Shown piece by piece: positions 1 to 11,097 of a stretch of 64,000 bases of DNA; positions within the stretch are counted from its first letter, which is position 1, and every line of letters begins with the position of its first letter. Source of the stretch: Lingula anatina (taxonomy: Eukaryota; Animalia; Brachiopoda). Position numbers and translations under genes: made by a program. Location: positions 4,340,001 through 4,404,000 of the forward strand of contig CM120641.1 of NCBI GenBank assembly GCA_051362555.1. Direction: 5' to 3'. The notes beneath the pieces were generated by a model. The model saw only the letters and a program-made list of their open reading frames with translations, was not told the origin of the DNA and did no database searches.

Positions 1-98
1 AATACATGTAAAAAGTTATTATTATTATTAAATTTCAACATGATCCTAACATAGTTTTGTATAAACCTTATTATTCTTCCTACCAATGCAATATTTAC

Positions 99-1577
99 CT
101 TTATACCTGCAAAAAACTCTGGACTTTCAACAGCCAAACTTCTGGCACCAACAAGTTCTCCATCTTGTACATACTTTCCCTTTACTCTGCATTTTACCTG
201 GAAATTTAAATCACAAATTAAACAATGCTTTCTTTAAAATTTTATATGGCTTAGTTGAAGGTACATTAGATAAGCCATGGACAGCTTTTAATAAAATCTC
301 TTACAAAAAAAAATGACCTTAAACATTATAATGTATCTGGGATATCTGGACTAACAACATCCATAGGGGGGAATAACAATGCAGTGACATAAAGATATGA
401 TCCCAGACATAATTGGGTTCTGGTTCTGAATGTAGCCTATAACAACCATTAAAAGATCAAGTATACCTCACCTGAAAGCCAAGAGTAATGGATTTGCTCA
501 GCCAGACACTTTCTCTGAGCTGAGCAGGCAAATCAGCCACATCAACGTTGTCTTCCTCATGGACAAGTTGTGAATTAATGTACCATTTCACATCAAAGAA
601 GAGCAGAGACAGCTTGTCTGCAGGGACTTGATCATAGAAGGGCAGGCAGGTGAACATAAGCTCCTTTTTTGTTATATTTTCAAAAATATAACGTTCAACT
701 CTTTCATCCACTTGAATGTCTGGTTGCTGTGTTATATTTGGGAAATTATCTAACAGAATGAAATACTTAATTAACATCATAAAACTGTTTATTTAATTTA
801 CTGTTATTTAATTTTATCAATGTCATACTGCTGCCTATTCATTGAAAATATGTGTAAAACATATTCAAGAAACTCAATTTATCCATCTAAATATTTGTTT
901 GTCAAGTCTTACACAAAATGTAAACTTTTTGATTTAATGTGCACAACTCATAAATAAAAATAAAGACCTAACCTGAACAACCTGGTTCAAAACCATCTTC
1001 TGATATAGTTCCTGGGGGACATAGTACCTTATCACCTAAATAAGTTGTAAAACAAATGAAGAAATACAAATTTTAAGTTGTCTCTTCCATGTGCAGCCAT
1101 TTAAATTTTGCTGTTGTGTTTTATTATTTTTTCATCAGTTACATGCAATGCAAAAAATTGTTGCTTACCAACATGCCCATATATGAAATAAATGCACATT
1201 TCAGTGGGTAGTGGTGTGTTCCAAGGTGGGGAAATGAACAAATTTTAGATTATAGTTACTTTATGTATACTAATAATTAGCTAGGTATCCTCATTATCAA
1301 TAAAAAATGAGACAATCACTCACCTATACAGTAACGCTCAGCACACTGACTCACAGGTGGCAGATGATATACATTGTATGTAGAACAATTCTTTAACTGT
1401 ATGTCATATGTCTTGGCACAGCAAACAGTGGAATTCTTCACACATACAGTACCATTAATGACACCATCATCAGCGGAGGGTAAGGAACCTGTGAAACAAA
1501 AATGTGATAGAAGTGCATTGAATGTCCCAATTTAGTGTTAAATATGTTTCTTTGCTTTTTCCTGCTCTCCACAATGA

Positions 1578-1617
<40 letters not shown>

Positions 1618-2220
1618 GTTGTTGTTTTCATTGCAAATGGACTACAAATATTTTTTAAATGGTTAAACAACATCTTCGGTAAAACCTGAAAAAACTTTTT
1701 TTGTTTTGAACACATTAAGAAAACCATACAGCATTAAATCAATTAGGCAACTTACCACTAATTTATGTACCATTATGCATGTGCAAAACAACAATATGTA
1801 CAACTGTTTAACCATTTTCTAGCTATCATTTTCATAGAATGTTTGCAAATTATGATCTCCACATTATTTGTATTATGTTCCTCCACCAAAGTAAAACCTA
1901 GCTGGCTTTCCTTGTTGTTGTTAAAATGAGCTGTAGAAATACATTATTGGATCTACGGGTGCATTCACGATGAACTTATCATATTAGCTAGTGTGCACTA
2001 ATTCCATGGGGACTTTTGCTGAAAAGAATTAGAAAAACAGATAAATTAACAAGCATCCTCCTCGCATTGAGTAGAATACAGAAAAGCTGGTGATTATACG
2101 ATAGATTGGAAACAAGAGGAGGGGCATTAATCTGTAATTCTGATTGCATTCAGCAAGAGCCTCCATAGAGTTTGTGCACAATAGCTAGTACATGTACAAT
2201 AGATTTGTTTTGAATGGACC

Positions 2221-2281
<61 letters not shown>

Positions 2282-2503
2282 CACACAGGTACCTACCATT
2301 CAGCCATATGGGATTATCTGTACCACAGTCTCCTTCAAAATGGCAGGTCACAGGCATATCATTTCCAGTTATCATGTCAAATCTAAACCAACCCTTCTCT
2401 ATTTTATCATCACATGCTACTGCTTCAATGGCATTCTTATGGTACATTGTACTCCTTGATATTTCACCAGTGACACGTGTGTTAGCAAAGCACTCATCAA
2501 TCT
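99..2503 (-). CDS. Second D8C-like domain and VWDE-type region (exons 2503-2297, 1488-1324, 1035-973, 749-472, 197-99)
   Basis: CDDKIEKGWFRF...CGTDNPIWLNG|SLPSADDG...CCAKTYDIQLKNCSTYNVYHLPPVSQCAERYCIG...LGFQ|VKCRV...SPEFFAGIK; splice phases consistent. Confidence 0.8.
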
Positions 2504-5500
2504 CTGGGGAAAAGAACAACTGTATTTAGTAACCATCAGAAATATAAATATAAATACATGAAAATGCATTTCTGTGCCCAGAGATGTGCGAAAAACATTC
2601 AATCATATGAATGTCTGATAGGAAAAAATGTGCTTATTACCAGGTATGATGTACATGGATGGCTGTAGAGAGTAAGAGCTTGATTTACTAGTTCCTTAAA
2701 TACATTAACCATTTTTTTTTATATTATTCTTTATATAAACCAATAAAGTTGTTTTAGTGGGACCATAGCAATAGTCCAAAGGTTCATCGGTCTAAATGTT
2801 CAGTATAGAACCTTCGGACCAATGAACCCTTGATTATAAAAACGATGAAAATGCTAACATTTTTCGGACCAATGAACCTTCGGACCAATGAACCTTCAGA
2901 CTATCGAGATGCCCCCATTTCAGGAACACATTTTTTGTACCTCCACAGGTGTCCACATAGTCTTCACAACAATCTCCAGCTTTAGTGCAATGTTCATCAC
3001 AAAAACAGCTGCGTAATTCCACTTTACAGGAACTGTTTTTGCCAGAGCAGCAGCCCAGTTCAGAACAGGATATTGGGTATTTGATCTCACACAAAACTCC
3101 CTGTAAAGCACTTGTACAATCATGCCAAAGACCAGTAGTGGTATCAATACACAGATATGGCTGTGTAGATGGATTCGCAGGCTCACCAACTTCCCAAGAT
3201 ATGACTGTCGGACTTACTGGTTCTCCAGTAAACCACATCCATTGTTCTGTATTGTAAGTTGCTCCCATCAGTAGGTACTGTTGAGGATAGGAACCTCATG
3301 GAAAACAACAAAATAAATGAGAAAACTATGCTTTATTTAAAGTACTGCATTTCAGTTAAACTATATTATAGCTAAATAAAACTATATTACTGCTCAAACT
3401 ACTAATTACGTACAATGTACTAGTATATGCATGGAGCAGTGCCACATTTTGAGGCACTGCTCCATGACACTGTATGTGATTGCAAAATTTTTTCTTTTTT
3501 CATTTTAATGTGTCATAAAGCTTCGAGTTTTTGTTAATTATTTTATTCAATAAACCCTCATCAACCACTTAATAATTTTATAGTCACAGTTATGGAGTGA
3601 GGAAGAATACTTCAGCTACAGTGCAGCATGCAGAGAGGTCTGAGTATGTGTGCGTGATCATATCAGCTCTTTATAGTTGCAATCTATGTGAATCTATACT
3701 TACTTCGTAGACATATTTCGGTCAGTAAAGTGCTTTCTTCAGTTGTGTCAACTAAGACAACATCACCTCCAATTGACTGACATGTCTGCCTTGCACTTTG
3801 AAATGTTATGAAACCTGGATCCTCGATGTAGCAAGTGTTGTCACTGCACTTCTTAAAATAAGGCACTGTAAATTAAACAACAGATGACAAAAATTCATTC
3901 TCAGATTGATATTTCACAATTTATTAAATGTTTTGATCCTTAAATGAATCTAATAGTATATTCAATTTATTTTTGGTTTATGTGTACTCATTTTCCCATT
4001 CTATCTAAAACAAGGACATTTAACAATAAAATGTTTTAACTTCCTACATGTAATAATATTGAGGCAGAAATATATTCTATATTACACTGTACCTCTTGTG
4101 CCTATATCCAAAGAGTTTGCACTACAAATGACTCCTGCATCTTGTGAATGTGTGCAGCCTGTTGTGTCCCCCCAGCCACTGTGTCTACAACGGAACAGGG
4201 ACGTCTCTCCCTCATCACAGTCAACATCTGACAGCCATATCACACCTGAATGCGACCCAAATGATCCTCCACCTGCCACTCTAGAGCCAGAAGACCTTAA
4301 AAACAGATGATATGCAATATGTTTATTCAAAAATTAAGTTTTGATACATTTTTATGTGAAAAGATTATTTTTCTAAGTCAAAACCCTTGATAAGTTTTGA
4401 AGTTCATCTCTTTGTATTCAAACATCTACATCCTTTATTCAAATACAGACCAAACGTTGGACTGAACTAAGTATTATTGTCTTCATTAATTTTAAGAATG
4501 TTTAATTTCAAATGTTTCTAATCATCTCTCAGCTAGTGTACACTTACTCATATCCAAGTGTCGCACAGACAGCCTCAGCATGCAAGTTATTCCAATTTCC
4601 TCTGTTACAAATTGTCCCCCATTCATTCTCATAAAACACTTCAACCCGACCTTCATATGGTGTGGAACCACCCACTAACCGGATATTTCTATTCCAGGAA
4701 TATGGAACTGTCATGATATGAAAAGAAATTAATATATGCCATGCTTGGCCTCCTGGAACCTTCAAATATGATTATGTGCACCCACTTTTCAAATGTAGAT
4801 TTGTAGATATAGCTCCCCACATATTACCTAGTACTACATGTACTTACTATTATTATACAATTATAGTGGATCTAGGATAATATGAAAAAAGAGATTGAAA
4901 AATTGAGTAAAATATCATCCAATAATTCATCCAATAATTTAGGCAGCTGACTATTCTCATTAATTAGTTATTATTCATTAATTAGTTATCTAGTGTTATC
5001 TACAGACTTGACATTTAATATGGAATATTTCAGTTTCAAAGGTATACCTTGGTAAAAATGCGTTCTTTTTTTCATAAAACTCAGATCTCACATAAAATAT
5101 CTGACTGGAGAAGTGTGAAGTCAGGTGTGTCGCTACCAATTAACTGACTACCAAGTCTGGTGCACTGCTGCATTGTGTAATATGCAGTGATTTAATTGGG
5201 TAGTGCCCCTTTGGGATAGCCAAAGCTTGGCTTTGGCGAAGCATGGTGCTGTTAAAAAAGTATCCATATGTCGGTAACTACTGCATAGAAGAATTTGAAA
5301 TTTTGCATGCAAGCGGCCAGTTTTGCAGTGCGTAAAATGAGTTAAACAAAGTTTTACAAAATTGTTAATCTGTGCCAGAATGGCGCGAAAGAGACAGACA
5401 TTGCCAGACAGATTATTGTGTCAAACGAAATGGTCAGCACAGTTTTATGGAGTTATGCCCAGACTGATGTACCTACACAGAGACCACGGCCAATGTATCG

Positions 5501-7121
5501 CCGTCTTACCACCAGGGTACAGGACTCAGTGTCCTTCAGGATATGCTGCTGCAACTAAACAGAACCCACCCAGTCCGTTCAGAATGAGGGGCAAATTGTG
5601 ACCAAAACGCGTTTTTCAAGGCTCTTAGCGAATGTCAAACTGGTTTTAGCAGGTTAGGATACCAAACGACCTCTGAGGAAGCCACTGTAAACAGCAAAAC
5701 AGCGTCGTCTGTCTCTCTAATGAATTGAGGACCATGACCGTTTCTGGGTAGAACCCTGAAACCGAGTGGCTTTCTTTATTGAGGTCAGATTTCACCTGTA
5801 CCGCTTAACTGGTCCAAACAGAGTTTACAGTCATCCAGAAGAGGCCTACGACAAGTCGTGTGCCGCTTCTGAAGTGACTAGGGACATTGACAGCGTCAGT
5901 ATTTGGAGTGAATACCACATTGGTGCCAAAACACCAATGGTAGGCATTGATAAAAACCTAAACCAGATGAAATAAAGGAATAATGTGGGAACCATTTGAC
6001 TATCATTTGATAGGGGGCACCTTAGGAACAATTTTAGGTTGCACGATGAGATTGCCCGTTCACAAAGAGCACTTTTAATAGCAGATAACTTACAGAGCCA
6101 AGGGATTGAGCAGATACATTGGTCATCAAAATCGCCATATTTGAACCACATAGACAATACGTGGGCAGGTTATTACTCTCCGAATCAACAGCCTGCATGT
6201 CCTACAACAAAACTGCACCAAACTGGACAAGTTTTGACCGTTGCCTGGAATTTTTTTCCAGATTAAACTCTAAAAACCTATCCTAAGGAATGCCTTGCCG
6301 CTTGAAAGCTCTGGTAGCAGCCAGATGAGGTCAGGTGTAATAGCCACCGTTGCTGTGACAAGACACTGACATGAGGGTCCTTTGTTGGGCGTATAACTCT
6401 TTTAAAGACGATAATTTGGAAAATATAGAGATCCAAAACATCGCTTTCAGTGGTTGCCGTATAACCTAAAATAGGCAATGCATTTTTGTTTGCTTCACTG
6501 GCGAATTCAATTGATGAACTGATGTCACAATGACATCAAAGAGATAAATAAAAGTTATTAAAACGCCATTTTAATCATTATTTTCATTTATAAGTCAGCA
6601 AAATAGGAAAAAACTGACGAAAAATAATTTGGAAAAAAATATTCCATATTAAATGTCAAGTCTGTATTATGCTTACCGCCACAGTAGGTAAGATAACACC
6701 ATGGAGGTGAGGGGAGCTGGTACACATAGTAACTTCCTGGACACATCTTGATATTAGCAGTAGCTGACCAATGACAACAGTCACTGTCCCAGTGGGCACA
6801 TGCAGTGCGACTCACAACACCATCATTTTGTCCAGGATGTGTCCCCTGTATCCACATTGGTGCATGCGTACCACAACTAAATTTTGGCACACACTATGTA
6901 AAAAAAAATAGTATCACTAATTTTTGATAATACCACAGAGTTGTGAATAATATTTTATTATTTGTCCAAGGATAAAAAGACAATTCAGTGTGGTTGCTAA
7001 GAGATTAAAGAATTAACACGGTGCTTCAAATTGAAAAAAAAAAGCCCTGACAGGTGTTCATCATGACAAAGGCATTTAGGGTACTGTCAGGGATTGCCAA
7101 AAACTCCTTGCTACCACCTTG

Positions 7122-7174
<53 letters not shown>

Positions 7175-8768
7175 ACATAAATCTTCGGTATTTATTTTGG
7201 GGTAAGAAATGCAAAATTGGTTTCTTAAATTGCTCCTTTACCTGAGCACCTACGAACACCGTATCAACATCAATTTAATGATACCACTGTACTTCAAAAC
7301 CCTGCCAGCGATTTTTCCTAAAAGCTTTAGTTCAGATTTTAGGTGAGGCAAAATAAAGCCTTTCTTCAATGATGCACACATGACAAAAATCAAAATTATG
7401 GCGCGAGATTGAAACCCATACATTTGTCTTCACCTATGCCCATTTTTCGTGATAAGAGATGGATTTACGCCCCATATTGATTGCTATTTCACCTTGAAAT
7501 AGAGTGGTGCTAAATTGACGCCAAACCCTTTGAGGTGCCTACGGCTTGTGCCCAGCAACAAGAAATATAAATGCCAATATTTTGTATTTTCGATGTGATT
7601 TTTTTTATTGTTTTTATCGGCACAAAAGTAGATGCACTAAATAATTAGATACAAAAAAATACTCATAAACGCTTACAGTACCCTAAAAAACCTTAACTGC
7701 TACGGAGAAAAATGCCAAAATTGGTTATTTTTTGGATAATTGTGTGTCAATTAAGTGACACACATGGTGTTTCAGATTCTTGATAAGAACTTTGAAACCA
7801 GTGGTTGATTGAAATTGGTATAATTTTATGACCTTGGTGATTAAATCTAAAATTACTTTTAAAAATTTCAGCTGTGAGGTCACAAATGTATGCCGATAAT
7901 ATTATACTCTAGGTTTGTGTTATCTAAGTCATCATTCATCTTAATGATTTTAACTTAATATATCATTTAGTTTTATTATTTTAACATAGGCAAAGTGTTT
8001 GATCAGAGAAACAGATTAATGCGGAAAGGCGTGTGTGTGTGTGTGTGTGTGTGTGTAGGGGGTGGTGGTTTGGAAGTTGTTCCGGAAAATATCCCTCTCT
8101 GTCAATCACCACAGATATGACAAGCCTGAATATTATAGCAACCAGTGTCCCAGTTTCAGATTTGATGTCTATAACTGTGTCTCGACCCACATTTCAAATT
8201 TTTTTAATTTCTGTGTACATAATATATAATTACTATACACAGTTTGGTGGGCCATATTGATACAGAGATTTGAAAATGAAGATGCTCAGGTAATAGTTTT
8301 AAAAATTTAATTGTACATCATGAAGTTGAAAGGAATCATTTCCATTGGTGATATGACTAAAACAGGATGTATTTGAAATTTATCTTAAAAGATGAAAAGA
8401 ATGAGCAATTGTTTAAAACCTACTCTCTCTGGCATCATGTCTCCAGCAGCTCCAGTGAAGCGGTACCAGGCATCAGCAGTAAGATAATTTTGGTCACAGT
8501 TCACAGTTCCATGGACCCCTTGTCCCATCAAAACATTTCTGTATGGATCAGTTAGGTTGGTGTATGAAGAACAAGGATCACTGCCTGTAAACAATACATA
8601 CTAGGGCATAAAAAAGAAAGATTATTCAATTCAATGATTAAACTTGCTGGATTTGGACATAATTCATGTTTTATTCGTTCAAGGGTAGGATGAAGTTTTA
8701 ACTTCATAAACTTTAACTTTAAAAAAAGAAAAACAAGTTTTCAGATATTTATCATCTCAATAAAAGTT

Positions 8769-8803
<35 letters not shown>

Positions 8804-10070
8804 TTTTCATATCTCTTTAATAAAATCTAATTTAACCTTGTACAATTGATTAGTTCACAAAGGACTGGAGATATACTGTTACTCGCGATAATTATATCAC
8901 CTCAGACACTACAATCAGATGCAGGGAATTTACTTAAAAGATTACTGGTAAGACATTTTATTACTCGTTTATTATACGAGTCTCACTCATATGAAATTAA
9001 GAATAAATACAAAATAAAACATTAAAATAATATTCTGTATAGAACTATGACTAAAAATAAAACCATAAAAATAAAATTAAATGTAAAAAAAGTACGTTAA
9101 AACATTATTTGTATGTAAAATTTCTCCTTAGATCTAATAATTGACAGCAGGTTTAGGCTCTAAATTAAATCATTCTCTCATTATCAATCAAGAATAAAAA
9201 CTTGCTCTGTTTATTAAAAAGGTCGAAATTGTTATTGAAATGTCTGAAGCGGTAAAAAAAGTGTAAAAAAATTTAAATAAAAAATAATTAAAACCAAAAG
9301 CTAGTACCGGATTATAGTTCAAACCCTATGCGTTAAATTGTCGTGTTTTATAGCTTGCTCAGGTATCTCACACCGATGAAAAAAGCAGCAAAAATTGACG
9401 ATTAAAAGGTGGCGCTGCCATGGACCATGGACAAATTACGAATTTTGTAAATGCATGGATGTAGGAGCCTGTGCTAGCATCATTTAGATAGCCCCAAACA
9501 TGTAAATTTATACGATGTGCACTATGTCTATTTCGTAATTTATTAAGCCCATAGATGCGAGATTGACGCGGACCGTGTCACGTTTGTTTTTTGCTGTGGT
9601 ATTTTGAGCTCAAAATGACCAACTTATAAAAAACGAAATGCCATGTCTATTTCGTAAATATAGTCAATTAGTGGGCCCAACAGATGCCAGATTGTCGTAG
9701 TTTCAACATGCCGAGTTCGGCTTGAGCTTTAAACGACTATGTTATAAAGCACGACACAGGACTCGTGTCACTTGAAATCACGTCTCTTTAATAAACTACG
9801 TACTTCTTATTTTTAAAAACGAACTTGACGTGGCCTTGAGGGTCCCTCAAATCTTTGGGATACAGGCACGTTTTCTGACAGGCTTCCAAATCCTGACACA
9901 GTTATATACATATATTTATTATTTATCTTTATTATAATTATTCTTATTGCTGCTGCTGTTGTTGTTGTTATTATCATTATTATATTTGAAAAAATATTTA
10001 TTTTTACACACGTTATGCCGTCGCAACAAATAAAAATCCCGCTGAGCAATAGCAAAATAGCGAGGTGCAT
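99..10070 (-). CDS. VWDE-like secreted multidomain protein (signal peptide-D8C-SRCR-C-type lectin-somatomedin B-D8C-VWDE-type region); 5' part, continues past the left edge
   Basis: 12 GT-AG exons with matching phases: 10070-10010 (donor uncertain), 8584-8424, 6893-6677, 4707-4548, 4295-4093, 3865-3704, 3294-2941, 2503-2297, 1488-1324, 1035-973, 749-472, 197-99. Starts MHLAILLLLSGIFICCDG. The last exon ends ESPEFFAGIK, a motif I recognise from VWDE-family proteins. Confidence 0.8.
1958..2189. mobile_element. Degenerate MITE, same family as 46955-47198
   Basis: Internal sequence (gcattgagtagaatacagaaaagctggtgatta...ggaaacaagag) and left end (ttcacgatgaacttatc...tagcta...gtgcactaattcc) match the 46.9-47.2 kb copy. 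Confidence 0.6.
2221..2286. repeat. (TA)n(CA)n microsatellite
   Basis: Directly visible. Confidence 0.95.
2941..3865 (-). CDS. C-type lectin-like plus somatomedin-B domains (exons 3865-3704 and 3294-2941)
   Basis: CYIEDPGFITFQSARQTCQSIGGDVV...WEVGEPAN...CIDTTTGLWHDCTSALQGVLCE, then SCFCDEHCTKAGDCCEDYVDTC. Confidence 0.85.
4093..4707 (-). CDS. SRCR domain (exons 4707-4548 and 4295-4093)
   Basis: IRLVGGSTPYEGRVEVFYENEWGTIC...AVCATLGY|...IWLSDVDCDEGETSLFRCRHSGWG...CTHSQDAGVIC. Confidence 0.92.
5003..6664 (+). mobile_element. Tc1/mariner DNA transposon with decayed transposase
   Basis: TIRs cagacttgacatttaatatggaata / tattccatattaaatgtcaagtctg flanked by TA on both sides. Frameshifted DDE remnants: HDEIARSQRA...QSQGIEQIHWSSKSPYLNHIDNTW, compare Tc1 DNAxxH...WPxxSPDLNPIENLW. 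Confidence 0.9.
6677..8584 (-). CDS. Uromodulin/GP2-type D8C domain (exons 8584-8424 and 6893-6677)
   Basis: DPCSSYTNLTDPYRN...CDQNYLTADAWYRFTGAAGDMMPER|CVPKFSCGTHAPMWIQGTHP...CCHWSATANIKMCPGSYYVYQLPSPPWCYLTYC. Confidence 0.88.
7079..7683. mobile_element. Non-autonomous TIR element (about 600 bp)
   Basis: tttagggtactgtcag at about 7075 is the inverted complement of cttacagtaccctaaa at about 7672; TA on both flanks. Confidence 0.5.
10010..10070 (-). CDS. Putative first coding exon (signal peptide) of the VWDE-like gene
   Basis: Hydrophobic MHLAILLLLSGIFICCDGIT. A phase-1 donor gtgtaa fits the next acceptor at 8584, but other nearby GT sites are possible. Confidence 0.55.
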
Positions 10071-10122
10071 CTCATGTTCATCATAAAAGTTATCGTATTA
10101 GCAGGATCGACCTCTCAACAGG

Positions 10123-10125
<3 letters not shown>

Positions 10126-10184
<59 letters not shown>

Positions 10185-10200
10185 CGAGAGAGAGAGAGAG
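10126..10200. repeat. (TA)n(GA)n microsatellite at the left end of the Tc1 derivative
   Basis: Directly visible. Confidence 0.95.
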
Positions 10201-11097
10201 ACTTGACATTTAATATGGAATATTTTAGTTTCGAAGGTATGCCTAGGTATAATGCGTTCTTTTTTTAAAGAAATCCGATCTCATATAATATGTGTGAATG
10301 GAGAAGTGTGTAGTCAGGTGTGTCGCTACTAATGAACTGACTACCATATCTATTCCACTGATGTGTTGGGTAATATGCAATGATTTAATTGGACAGTGCT
10401 CCTTTGGACTGGTCCAAGCTTGGGTGTGCCAAAGCATGGTTCTATCAAAAAAGTATCCATATGTCGGCAACTATTGCATAAAATAATTGGAAATTTTGCA
10501 TGCAAGCGGTCGGTTTGCAGTGCTTAAAATGAACTAAGTGGTATTCAAAAAATTTTATCTGTGGTAGAATGGTGCTAAAAAGACAGACATTGCCAGACAG
10601 ATTACTGCGCAAAACAGAACAGCCCGCACAGTTTTATAGAGTAATGCCCAGAATGATGTACTTACACAGAGGCCACACCCAATGTATCAAAATCTTACCA
10701 GATTGAACTCTAAAAACCTATCCCAAGAAATGCCTAGCCGCTTGAGAGACCTGGAAGCAGCTAGACCAAGTCAGGCGTAACAGCGACCGTTGCTGTGACT
10801 AAACACTGAAGTCCTTTGTAGGCGTGTAACTCTTTTACAGACGATAATTTGTAAAATATGGAGATCCAAAATACCGATTTTAATGGTTGTTGTATGACAT
10901 AATATAGGCAATGTATTTTTGTTTGCTTCACTAGCGAATTCAATTAATGAACTGATGTCACATTGACATCAAAGAGATCATTTAAAGTTACTAAAACACG
11001 ATTTTAATCCCTATTTTCATTTATCAGTCAGCTAAATAGGAAGAATTTGATGAAAAATGATTTGGGAAAAAATATTCCATATTAAATGACAAGTCTG
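10199..11097 (+). mobile_element. Internally deleted copy of the 5003-6664 Tc1/mariner element
   Basis: Same TIRs, collinear with 5004-5510 and 6258-6664; about 750 bp of the transposase is missing; ends ...aagtctg-TA. Confidence 0.88.

Noticed and set aside
5362-6478. Functional transposase gene
   Set aside because: Multiple stops and frameshifts, and decayed catalytic motifs.
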